From: a virus
DNA length: 64,000 bases
Strand: one strand, 5' to 3'
Virus record (IMG/VR): IMGVR_UViG_3300017917_002759
Span: 1-64,000 of that record
Positions within the stretch are counted from its first letter, which is position 1; every line of letters starts with the position of its first letter. The notes under the pieces were generated by a model. The model did no database searches. It saw only the letters and a program-made list of their open reading frames with translations, and was not told where the DNA came from. The position numbers and the translations under genes are program-made. This document shows positions 32,901 to 40,627 of the stretch, piece by piece.

Positions 32901-35900
32901 TTCTAGAATTGTAATCATCAATCCGGGCAGCGGGTATAGATCTGGTCCTTTCATGAGATTGATTGATCCAAACAACACCGAAGATGCTAGATTTAGAGTT
33001 CGTGTGGCAGACGGAGTTTTAGCACAACCAACATTCTTAAATAGAGGTACTGGTTGGTTAAATGCAGACGGTTTTGTTGAGGGAGACGGATACGCCGATA
33101 TTAGCCAAACTGGTTCGTTTATCTACGTTAAATCATTAACGAACTTGCCGACTCCAGGTGCAAATATTCAGTTTGCAGGCGACGACACATTCTATAAATT
33201 AGTTACTGTTAGAGATACTATAGGGCCAGCTGGCTTGATCGGTGCTAGACAATTATTGTTAGCAAACAAAGAATTTATCCAAGAAGAAATTTTAAGCTAT
33301 CTTGATAACTTTACCTATAATCAAGTAACGTGCTCTAGGGATACTGGTTTATTATTAGATGCATTGGGCGAAGACATTGTTTATGGTTCTAATGCCAGAA
33401 TTTTAGCAGCGTTACAACAATATAGACGTGGTACTTATGCAAATTTCCAAGATCAACGATTCCAAACAGCATTTGCTCTCGAATACCTAAGTGATTTAAT
33501 TTCTCAGAGCCAGAAACCTGCTACATTAGCTGCTCTAACTAGTTTAAAATCTGCTATTTCGATCAATTTAGACAGTGATGCTACTGCTATTTCTAGATCA
33601 AATGCTAATATGGATATCATTTATGACATATTAGATGACGGGCTTACCGCAGTTCCGGCTATATCTACTCCCGATCCTACAGGATATAATACTGGTTATT
33701 TTAATGCTAGAAGATTGTTGTTAGCTAATACGGATTTTATCATCGAAGAAATCACAGCTTGGATACAAGTTCAAATCGCAGCGGCAACTCCTGGTTTCGT
33801 TGGTTTGAGCTACAATGTAGAAAAATGTGAAAGGGATGTAGGTTATATTATTGATGCATTAAGATATGATTTAACCTATGGCGGCAATTTAATGAGTCTG
33901 TTAGCAGGAAATTCTTACTACTCATATACTGAACTTCAAATCGATCAGAATGATAAAACTGCTACATTAGCCGCATATAACCATTTAAGGACTATTTTAG
34001 GTAATATTTTACAAGGTATATCTATTACCAAATCAGTAGGTAATACATTAAATCAAGATACCTCAGGTACAGCCGGATCTTCTGCAGCAGCAGCATTCGC
34101 GCAAGACAGAGTTAATGATATTAGAACCACTATTAATACAGGTACTCCTCCTGCATCAATTGCTCCAGATACGGGATGGGTCAGCGGAGGTCTATTATCT
34201 GCTAGATCTGCGTTATTAACTGCAAAATCAACAATACAGGCAAATATCATCACATTCATTGAAAACAATTATCCTACATTAGTTTTTAATAGAGATACTT
34301 GTTCTAGGGATGTTGGCTATATTATAGATTCTATCGGATATGATGTTATATTCGGAAGCAATTTCCAATCTATTAAATCGGGTATGGCCTATTACAGAGC
34401 TAATGCTTCGAATGTCCTTACGGGATTCGGAACAGTCGCTAACTTACTAGCTCCACTAATCGAATGGATGAAGAATGACGAATTTTTCAAACCATTACCA
34501 GATCCTGTAATGCCAGACGGTAATGCTAACGCCGAAGAAAATTTAGGTAAAGAATTACTATTGGCAAACAGAGAATTTATCGGAGCACAAGCTTGGAGAT
34601 ATTTTGTTAATACAAATCCAAGCATTACAGTTAATTCAACAGTATTTAGACAAGAACTTGAACAAATTGTATTGTCCGTAGCACACGATTTAACTTATAC
34701 CGGAAATGCAGAAGTTATTAGATTTGCTTCGTCATTCTATAGTGGCTCTACATTGAGAATTCCGGGATATAGCGGAACAGCATCTACTATAAAGACTGAA
34801 TATTTGGACTTACTATCAAATCTAAGTGCAATACTTCAAGACGTTGTTCAAAATAATATAGTTACACCAGCAGTTGGAATGCCGGCTGGTGTAACACAAG
34901 ATAGATCATTAAGTCCTGGAGATGCAGGAACTGCTGTTGAAGTTGATAGATTAATGGATGATTTTATTGCAATTATTAACTTAACACCTTCAACTATCGG
35001 AATTACTGTAACTGAAACAGATAATACGTTTGATGATTATCCCGGTGCTTTGATAAGTGCTAGAGACTCTATTGAAGATTCTAGGACTAATCTTAGAGAA
35101 GCAGTTAATGATTGGATTGACGATGAATTTGTTAATTTTACATATGATAGAGCCATATGTTATCGAGATACAGGACTGATCGTTCAAGCAATTGCTGATG
35201 ACTTATTTGGTGATATCGCAAAAACTATCGAAGCAGGCCAGAGATACTATGCTGCTACAGCTGCACTAGTTATAAGTGAGCAAAAGCCGCAAACAATCGC
35301 TGCAATTGATAGAATTAACACGATTGCACAAAAAGTTATTAGAAACGAGACTTATACTAGAACTCAAAATAATAAATTCCAAGAGCGTTTTCCAAGTATT
35401 ACTGGCGGAGCTCAAGGTGGTCCTTCAATCGAAGATCACGCCAGAGTTATTAGAAGAATTCTAGAAACAGGCAGCGATTTAGATAGAATCAAACAACTTT
35501 TACTTGATAATAAAGAGTATATCAAAGCAGAAGTTATTGCATACATTAATGCTAGCTATGAAAATCTAGACTACGATCAAGAAATTTGTGCTAGAGATGC
35601 AGGTTTTATTATTGATGCATTAGTCTATGATATATACGGTGGTTTTTCAAGATCTAGAGAAGCAGGACTTCGCTATTACAGTAGTCCTAGTGCTCTAATA
35701 GCTATTACAGATCAATTGACTCCTACTAGAGATGGTATTTTACATCTAAGAGATTTAGTACAATCAATTCTTATCGATGAGGAACCTAATATAACCTTCC
35801 AAGAAGTTGAGCAAAGAATTTCACCTTCAGGAAATTATAGTATTCCTCAAGTTTCGAATCTAGTTATAGATCAAAAAATAAATGATTGTATTGATGAATT

Positions 35901-37605
35901 ATTAAACGTAATAGAAAATGGGCCTAGTGCTTTACCTTCTGGATTATACACTGCAAGATTCCAAATTAGCCCACCGATGTCCGTGTTTAAAACACCAGCA
36001 CACAATACAGCTACGACCGTTAGAAGCAAATATAGTCAAGTTCGTTTAACTGGTCATGATTTCTTAAATATCGGAACTGGTAATAAGAGTGATTCTAACT
36101 ATCCAGGAATACCTGTTAATATTCCTGATCAACAAAACGAAGTTGTTGAGGTCGGCGGAGGTCGTGTATTCTACACAAGTACTGATCAAGACGGTAACTT
36201 TAGAGTTGGTGAGCTGTTCCGAGTTGAACAATCAACTGGTATTGCAACACTGAACGCTGATGCATTTAACTTGTCAGGACTGAACGAACTATCTTTAGGT
36301 GGTATTACATTAGGCGGTACCAATGCAGTTATTAGAGAATTCTCAACAGATGCGACATTCTTTGCTAACAGTGATAACATTGTTCCAACACAAAAAGCTA
36401 TTAAGACTTATATCCAGTCTGCACTAGGTTCTGGTGGTGGTAACATTGCTGTTAATGCTGTTATTGCTGGTCAAGTATTTGTGTCTGGGGACGAAGTTAC
36501 TACGATTGGTAATATTCCGTTAAGATTTACTACTACCGGATCAAATTTATTTACAGGAGCTCTTGAATCTACTAGTGCAGGCACCGGTACTATTATTGTA
36601 ACTGGCGGTATCGGACTCAGCGGAAATATAAATGCCGGCGGAACTATTACAGCCACACAGTTTGTTACTGCCACAGGTGGTATTCAATCAACCGCTATCG
36701 GTAATGTAACTAGATCATCCGCGGCCTTTACCACTTTAACTGCAAATAGCGCAACAACTATTACTGCTAATACTCAATCCGATGATGCATTAACCGGTGC
36801 ATTGGTAGTGTCCGGTGGTGTTGGTATTGGTGGCAACTTAAACGTAGCAGGTAGTTTTAACGTAGGCAGTTTAAGTGCGTCAGGTATTGATAATACTCCG
36901 ATTGGTTCTATTGGTAGAAGCTCAGGTGCATTTACAACATTAGCTGCTAATAATTCAGTGACATTCACTGCTAACGTTGCTTCAAGTAGCACCGGAACTG
37001 GAACATTAGTAGTAACAGGTGGCACTGGTATTAGCGGAGCATTAAACTTAGGCGGAGCATTAACGGCTAACGGATCAAACGTAAGCATGAGCTTACAGCC
37101 TACTGGAACCGGCACTGTAACTATTGCCCCTAACACTACAGGTAACATCAATAATATGAATGTTGGTGGTACTACCAGAGGAACAGGTGCATTTACAACA
37201 TTAGCTGCTAATAATTCAGTGACATTCACTGCTAACGTTGCTTCAACCACTACAGGTACTGGAACATTGGTAGTAACAGGCGGATTGGGTGTTAGCGGAC
37301 AACTCACTGCTGCAACTATCGTCGAAACATCAAGTATAGCATTTAAAGAAAATGTTAGTCCGATAGATAATGCGTTAGATGCTATCTTACAACTAACAGG
37401 AGTGACATATGATCGTAAAGATAAATCAGTCACAAATGAAGCAGGATTGATTGCCGAAGACGTATATAAAGTTATTCCTGAAATTGTAACTAAAGATGCA
37501 AACGGAAAACCTTATGGTATTGCTTATACAAAACTAACAGCTTATTTGATTGAATCTATTAAGTCTCTTAAGAAAGAAATTGAGGAATTAAAGGGTAAAA
37601 ATTAA
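26971..37605 (+). CDS. Giant (3544-aa) multidomain tail fibre / appendage with C-terminal S74 intramolecular chaperone
   Basis: N-terminal W....Y..GD.V.Y.G..Y.C...HT repeats (CBM5/12-like), a split beta-helix, G.GY...P.V...GG repeats, eight helical C-x-R-D repeats, TG.L.V.GG.G repeats, and the S74 motif TSS..FKENV...GLIAE.V..VIPE.V...Y.KL...LIE.IK. GATAAATA at 26925. Confidence 0.85.
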   Translation: MAEFKLGRLRFVWKGTWAASTVYVKDDIVKYGGNSFVCISGHTANPNFNADLVGLKWQKMSAGVEWKGGSWTPSTVYKEGDIIKFGGKIYVSTVNHTSDSTANSGFYIDEGDNKWDLLADGQEWNGNWNTSTFYKIGDVVKYNASTYICITPHTSASTTSLGLENDLNKWQLQAEGFNWRSDWDPTTRYATNDVVKYGPNLWLCVIPHTSGAGFEDTNWTIFVQGLQFEDSWNSITEYQQGDIVTYGGYSYVSQTQNTNKIPPNEATDWELLTTGYNTRGRYNSSLSYKVGDVILYGGRSFVAEVEVAPTESPYANSNKWQLVTDGIRWLGNWTATPVEITYKIGDAVRYLSSTYVCVDEHTPVDDVGDSSSVNRPDQDREGTYWNALAEGDEQNVLARRADLVTRNAIQNERLPKGQAGTFLKAGLVDLEWSTVGNITRVFYVSTDGVDSPDRGTTLNDPWRTIKYACDRVRTVVIPTRSQPAVINVKTGVYQEVFPISIPKYTSLVGDELRMSIVEPTTETSHLDKFYMRDSTTVRNFTFRGATGAPGTSGLTAPNQYGTRRPTGGAWIGLDPGSGPNDESVWVGERSPYVQNVTTFGDYGVGQKIDGALHNGGNKSITSNDFTQVMSDSIGAWCTNQGRAELVSVFTYYGYIGYLCENGGVIRATNGNNSYGTFGSVSEGVDPTEISRTAEVDNRRLDAQIDRVQTNGNSLLYLEYLNAGENYTEATYSFTGPGSATLSTTANFEDGGVCEIRVLDDGDNYLTVTNNAQQGTTTDIRLSASDTTVTGGYNGMRITLIDGAGAGQYAIVNNFDGGSKDLFVLKESFVPLTVTSTASGTNTVTVNSNTSLDIDSPIMFVGTLFGGLSSSTLYYVKAKPSSTEITLYTDTVTKTVTTLTNGTGDALLYQAGWDIIVQNLVSSVSAATKTNPVRITTAGNHGLVDGFTVTFSSVGGMTQLNGNTYYVVRVNNTQFDLYTSYTLLTAVDGTGFGTYTSGGLATGGQTPLPFLDTTTRYIIEPRPQFSTGVGAEGTPVRTLGINVVSLSDGGKGFTTPPVISLAGPDLVDGNESAQGITEILGGVDSVVVQSKGTGYTSAPTLSFVGGGLPANTIDWESGLEVELGSYIRTTARRVYEVTVAGELGVSAPSHTTGTAANGTATLQYIGRIAAASASITQTIKTVNLIDGGLGYTSPPSVIVTGLGGSGAIISAQISQVIGSIDVDTPGSGYTSAPQVTLIGGEPLVFATARAILSASVSTITVTEGGNGYKPSTTTVSLSGGGGVNATASAVIDFGNWVAGVTPGVITSIVVNTSGTGYSTPPTVIIGGEGTDATAVANIIGSVDTIEILNRGRGYQTTPGVQITGGGGTNATATANRTGAINTLTVVDGGREWSEIPTLSFSGGGGSDAEATVTAMDTVIDLVTVDDPGENYTSNPALAVRDGGGNGAILRPRINGEVVSVSITDPGSDYSSAPVISFIGGGNYRSSTAGLRYYANASALVAIGISQRTQTLAAIERAGVVAKAVAANTNPGVIYQTGITRTPAGGGYVAPVGIANAIDTWINTVYFTIENGEELVKAANLLNINRKFIITEIRKYIDLNFSGEADATWNRDLGLIVDAVVRDISTRGVNNSLSCGISQVFLSDRSGTGQTAALDAIETMISFFQDIVQNIVIVPSLDLPLVWQGVWDSDEAYDVNDVVVVNGGTYICDIAHTSSPLFTTDLDLDRWILKEDGQRTNLEVFEPDSLLAIENCLTLIKGIVQRNPGSGTYLAASNLILSNREYIKAEVIGFINSEYDDFDYNQPLCARDTGFIVEALSYDLVNGNVTAEPVATATTTGVVARITVDESGEGYSEGVELVVSDPFTGSAWAASTSVTNGNYISYTNSQGVKHWYQVTSSGTTGTTPPTHDIGSASNGTATLAFAGTTAIARPVIDEFTGEITDYEMVNKGKGYPSAPITLTISPDPGTGALARCRLAGSNVSRIVIINPGSGYRSGPFMRLIDPNNTEDARFRVRVADGVLAQPTFLNRGTGWLNADGFVEGDGYADISQTGSFIYVKSLTNLPTPGANIQFAGDDTFYKLVTVRDTIGPAGLIGARQLLLANKEFIQEEILSYLDNFTYNQVTCSRDTGLLLDALGEDIVYGSNARILAALQQYRRGTYANFQDQRFQTAFALEYLSDLISQSQKPATLAALTSLKSAISINLDSDATAISRSNANMDIIYDILDDGLTAVPAISTPDPTGYNTGYFNARRLLLANTDFIIEEITAWIQVQIAAATPGFVGLSYNVEKCERDVGYIIDALRYDLTYGGNLMSLLAGNSYYSYTELQIDQNDKTATLAAYNHLRTILGNILQGISITKSVGNTLNQDTSGTAGSSAAAAFAQDRVNDIRTTINTGTPPASIAPDTGWVSGGLLSARSALLTAKSTIQANIITFIENNYPTLVFNRDTCSRDVGYIIDSIGYDVIFGSNFQSIKSGMAYYRANASNVLTGFGTVANLLAPLIEWMKNDEFFKPLPDPVMPDGNANAEENLGKELLLANREFIGAQAWRYFVNTNPSITVNSTVFRQELEQIVLSVAHDLTYTGNAEVIRFASSFYSGSTLRIPGYSGTASTIKTEYLDLLSNLSAILQDVVQNNIVTPAVGMPAGVTQDRSLSPGDAGTAVEVDRLMDDFIAIINLTPSTIGITVTETDNTFDDYPGALISARDSIEDSRTNLREAVNDWIDDEFVNFTYDRAICYRDTGLIVQAIADDLFGDIAKTIEAGQRYYAATAALVISEQKPQTIAAIDRINTIAQKVIRNETYTRTQNNKFQERFPSITGGAQGGPSIEDHARVIRRILETGSDLDRIKQLLLDNKEYIKAEVIAYINASYENLDYDQEICARDAGFIIDALVYDIYGGFSRSREAGLRYYSSPSALIAITDQLTPTRDGILHLRDLVQSILIDEEPNITFQEVEQRISPSGNYSIPQVSNLVIDQKINDCIDELLNVIENGPSALPSGLYTARFQISPPMSVFKTPAHNTATTVRSKYSQVRLTGHDFLNIGTGNKSDSNYPGIPVNIPDQQNEVVEVGGGRVFYTSTDQDGNFRVGELFRVEQSTGIATLNADAFNLSGLNELSLGGITLGGTNAVIREFSTDATFFANSDNIVPTQKAIKTYIQSALGSGGGNIAVNAVIAGQVFVSGDEVTTIGNIPLRFTTTGSNLFTGALESTSAGTGTIIVTGGIGLSGNINAGGTITATQFVTATGGIQSTAIGNVTRSSAAFTTLTANSATTITANTQSDDALTGALVVSGGVGIGGNLNVAGSFNVGSLSASGIDNTPIGSIGRSSGAFTTLAANNSVTFTANVASSSTGTGTLVVTGGTGISGALNLGGALTANGSNVSMSLQPTGTGTVTIAPNTTGNINNMNVGGTTRGTGAFTTLAANNSVTFTANVASTTTGTGTLVVTGGLGVSGQLTAATIVETSSIAFKENVSPIDNALDAILQLTGVTYDRKDKSVTNEAGLIAEDVYKVIPEIVTKDANGKPYGIAYTKLTAYLIESIKSLKKEIEELKGKN
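36923..37246 (+). repeat. Perfect 63-nt direct repeat (36923-36985 and 37184-37246) inside the giant fibre gene
   Basis: caggtgcatttacaacattagctgctaataattcagtgacattcactgctaacgttgcttcaa occurs twice, 261 nt apart and in frame. Confidence 0.9.
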
Positions 37606-37606
37606 T

Positions 37607-38230
37607 ATGGCAATATTAAAAAATACCACAGTATCCGGATCAAACCTATCGGTTTTAATACCGATAGGTACAACTGCCGAACGTCCTGGTACACCTTTAA
37701 CAGGAATGATTCGTTATAACACTTCTCTTGTAGTCCCAGAAACTTATACGGGACTAGTATGGGAACCATTGTATCCTGTAGGATCTATTATGTACTTTGC
37801 AAGAAGTACAGCACCCGATGGATGGTTAAAAGCCAATGGTGCTAGTGTTTCAACTACAACTTATGCGGCGTTATTTAATAACATAGGATATACCTGGGGC
37901 GGCGGCGGAGCCAGCTTTAATCTTCCAGATCTTAGAGGAGAATTTCCTAGATCATGGGACGACGGTCGAGGCGTAAATAGTGGTAGAAGTTTTGCTTCGG
38001 GCGAAGGACAAGATTGGAAAGGATTTTATCAAAGTAATATTGGTTCGAATACAACGTCTTACTCCCATGGTGAAATATATATGGGAAAAACAATCTTTGG
38101 AACCTTTGCGGGTTCTCCAGGAATGTTTGGCGGACGATGGGCAGCACCTGCTGCTGCTATTGGTACTGCTTGGGACGGTTCAGAAATTAGACCAAGAAAT
38201 CGAGCATTATTAGCTTGTATTAAATATTAA
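37607..38230 (+). CDS. Short tail-collar-domain fibre protein, paralogue 1
   Basis: PVGSI..FA...APDGWLKANG..VS...YAALF..IG.TWG.G...FNLPDLRG.F.R.WDDGRG and RPRN.AL.ACIKY. Confidence 0.85.
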   Translation: MAILKNTTVSGSNLSVLIPIGTTAERPGTPLTGMIRYNTSLVVPETYTGLVWEPLYPVGSIMYFARSTAPDGWLKANGASVSTTTYAALFNNIGYTWGGGGASFNLPDLRGEFPRSWDDGRGVNSGRSFASGEGQDWKGFYQSNIGSNTTSYSHGEIYMGKTIFGTFAGSPGMFGGRWAAPAAAIGTAWDGSEIRPRNRALLACIKY

Positions 38231-38246
38231 TAACATAGGAACAAAA

Positions 38247-38606
38247 ATGAAAATTTACAATTATCATCCAGATACATATGAATACTTAGGCGAAGGAGTA
38301 GCAGATCCCGATCCTCTCGAGCCAGGTAATTGGTTAATACCTGGAAGTTCCGTAACTTTTTCTCCGCCAGATCCAGTCGAAGGAAAGAAAATACATTTTG
38401 AAGATGGTGCTTGGGTATATAAGGATATTCCACCTCCGCCCGAAAATCCAACTGATAACTTTACCTATTCAGACTTTAGAAAATTTGAGTATCCAGATTT
38501 CGCTGATTATCTCGACGGTATTGTTAAAGGTGATCAACAGCAGATTGACGACTATATTGCTAAGTGTCTAGCAGTTAAAGCAAAGTATCCAAAACCTACG
38601 GAGTAA
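38247..38606 (+). CDS. Tail fibre assembly chaperone (Tfa-like)
   Basis: IYNYHP.T.EYLG...AD.DP.....LIP......PP and C-terminal R..EYP...DYLD........CLAVKAKYPKP. Confidence 0.7.
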   Translation: MKIYNYHPDTYEYLGEGVADPDPLEPGNWLIPGSSVTFSPPDPVEGKKIHFEDGAWVYKDIPPPPENPTDNFTYSDFRKFEYPDFADYLDGIVKGDQQQIDDYIAKCLAVKAKYPKPTE

Positions 38607-38615
38607 ATTTTAAAG

Positions 38616-39224
38616 ATGGCAACCCTTCAAGGTTTAACTGTTAATGATACAGGTTTCCTTAGACTAGCAGTCGGAACTACTGCACAACGACCGGCAGCAC
38701 AGATCGGTGCTGCTCGATTTAACACCACTACTCAACAAGAAGAGTGGTCAGACGGTGTCACATGGTATGAATTAGTTCCAACTGGTGCTGTTAGATATTT
38801 TGCAAGAAATTCTGCGCCCGACGGTTGGGTTAAAGCTAACGGTGCAGGTCTTTCTACTTCTACATATGCAAATTTGTTTGCAGTAATAGGTTATACTTGG
38901 GGCGGTTCGGGAGGAACATTTAACGTGCCCGATATGAGAGGAGAATTTCCAAGAGTCTGGGATGACGGCCGAGGAGTAAATTCTGGTCGAAGCTTTGCTA
39001 GTTTTGAAGATCAAGACTGGAAAGGATTTTATCAAAGTAACGTAGGTTCGGGCACCACTGCATACTCTCACGGACCAGTATATATGGGTAAAACTATCAC
39101 AACCTATACTGGTAACTTATTTCTAGGACACTGGTCAGCTCCGGGTTCTTCATGGGGTACAGCTTGGGATACTTCTGAAATTAGACCAAGAAATGTATCA
39201 TTATTAGCATGTATTAAGTTTTGA
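38616..39224 (+). CDS. Short tail-collar-domain fibre protein, paralogue 2
   Basis: Same collar motifs as paralogue 1. Confidence 0.85.
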   Translation: MATLQGLTVNDTGFLRLAVGTTAQRPAAQIGAARFNTTTQQEEWSDGVTWYELVPTGAVRYFARNSAPDGWVKANGAGLSTSTYANLFAVIGYTWGGSGGTFNVPDMRGEFPRVWDDGRGVNSGRSFASFEDQDWKGFYQSNVGSGTTAYSHGPVYMGKTITTYTGNLFLGHWSAPGSSWGTAWDTSEIRPRNVSLLACIKF

Positions 39225-39233
39225 GGTATTAAC

Positions 39234-39845
39234 GTGGCCACTTTAAAAAATATTACTATTGACGACACTGGAGCATTTGTTTTTCCTAGCGGAACAACTG
39301 CACAAAGACCGTCGCCGACAACAGGAATGATTCGTTATAATACAGATATTGCTGCTCCTGAATTTTATACTGGATTAATATGGACCCCATTAATACCCAC
39401 CGGAGCTATAGAATTATTTGCAACCTCAACAGTTCCTCAAGGCTGGCTAAAAGCTAACGGCGCATCAGTTTCAACTACAACTTATGCGGCGTTATTTAAT
39501 GCCATAGGATATACCTGGGGCGGCGGCGGAGCCAGCTTTAGTCTTCCAGATCTCAGGGGAGAATTTATTCGTGCTTGGGATGATGGAAGAGGAGCAGATA
39601 GCGGAAGAGGGTTTGCTTCATTCCAAGACCAAGATTGGAAAGGTTTTTATCAAAGTAACGTAGGTTCAAACACAACAGCATATAGCCACGGTCCAGTATA
39701 TATGGGCAAAACAATCTTTGGATCTTTTACAGGTAACTTATTCGGTGGTAGATGGGCAGCTCCTGCCGCTGCATCCGGAACTAGATGGGATACTTCAGAA
39801 ATGCGTCCAAGAAATCGAGCTCTAATGGCCTGTATTAAGTACTAA
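39234..39845 (+). CDS. Short tail-collar-domain fibre protein, paralogue 3
   Basis: Same collar motifs; nt 39468-39553 match 37847-37932 with 3 mismatches. Confidence 0.85.
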   Translation: MATLKNITIDDTGAFVFPSGTTAQRPSPTTGMIRYNTDIAAPEFYTGLIWTPLIPTGAIELFATSTVPQGWLKANGASVSTTTYAALFNAIGYTWGGGGASFSLPDLRGEFIRAWDDGRGADSGRGFASFQDQDWKGFYQSNVGSNTTAYSHGPVYMGKTIFGSFTGNLFGGRWAAPAAASGTRWDTSEMRPRNRALMACIKY

Positions 39846-39889
39846 ATCAATTATACTCTTAGATTAATTTCTCGAACATATATAATCGT

Positions 39890-40627
39890 ATGTTCAGAAT
39901 TAAAAAACAAAAAAATTCATTTAAATTCTATTCTTCTCTGCCAGCAGTTACTAAAGAATTTCCAATAATAGAATCAAAATCGTTTAAAAGAAATTGGATT
40001 AGACCTGTTGCAGAATCTTATAAATCCATAACTTCCGATATTAAAAATTTTGGAATTCCTTTTTCTGGAGCAATAAAATGTCCAGGAATTTTTTCTGCAA
40101 TGAATACTGGTTGGATTTTAACTTCTTGGTTTGATTTCATTATCGAAACTAAAAATAACGGAGAATCGTGTAGTTTTAAAATTCCGCCGTTTTTAAAAGA
40201 CGAGGTAAAATTTTCAAATTACAATCAACCGTTAATTAGTTTTATGAATTTAAATCTGCCTACTATGAAAATTCCGGTACCAAATAATTCATTAGATATT
40301 TTAATAAAAATAACTACTCCGTGGGCAGTAGAAATACCTAAAGGTTGGAATTTATTGGTATTACCAGTTAGTTATTCAGATGATGTTAGATTTACTGCAA
40401 GCACAGGTATTTTAAAACCCGGTGATAGAGAAATCAATCCTCAGTTATTTTGGCATCAAGGTGATGGAACAGAACTTGTAGAAGCAGGAACACCTCTTTG
40501 TCAATTAATTCCTATACCAGACAATCAAGTTAATTTTGATTTTGATTGTCTAGATTACGATGAAAATCAGAAAAAAGAGCAAGCAAGATATTCCTTCAAA
40601 AATGTTTGTAGGTTTATAACAAAATGA
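39890..40627 (+). CDS. Unknown protein, DUF6065/dUTPase-fold-like, paralogue A
   Basis: KCPGI....GW....W.D, KI..PW.VE.PKGW.LL, RF....GIL, AGTPLCQLIPI. Confidence 0.55.
   Translation: MFRIKKQKNSFKFYSSLPAVTKEFPIIESKSFKRNWIRPVAESYKSITSDIKNFGIPFSGAIKCPGIFSAMNTGWILTSWFDFIIETKNNGESCSFKIPPFLKDEVKFSNYNQPLISFMNLNLPTMKIPVPNNSLDILIKITTPWAVEIPKGWNLLVLPVSYSDDVRFTASTGILKPGDREINPQLFWHQGDGTELVEAGTPLCQLIPIPDNQVNFDFDCLDYDENQKKEQARYSFKNVCRFITK

Noticed and set aside
37607-39845. Diversity-generating retroelement or invertase shufflon acting on the triplicated fibre tips
   Set aside because: No reverse transcriptase or recombinase in the window; all copies are intact same-strand genes and differences are not adenine-specific.
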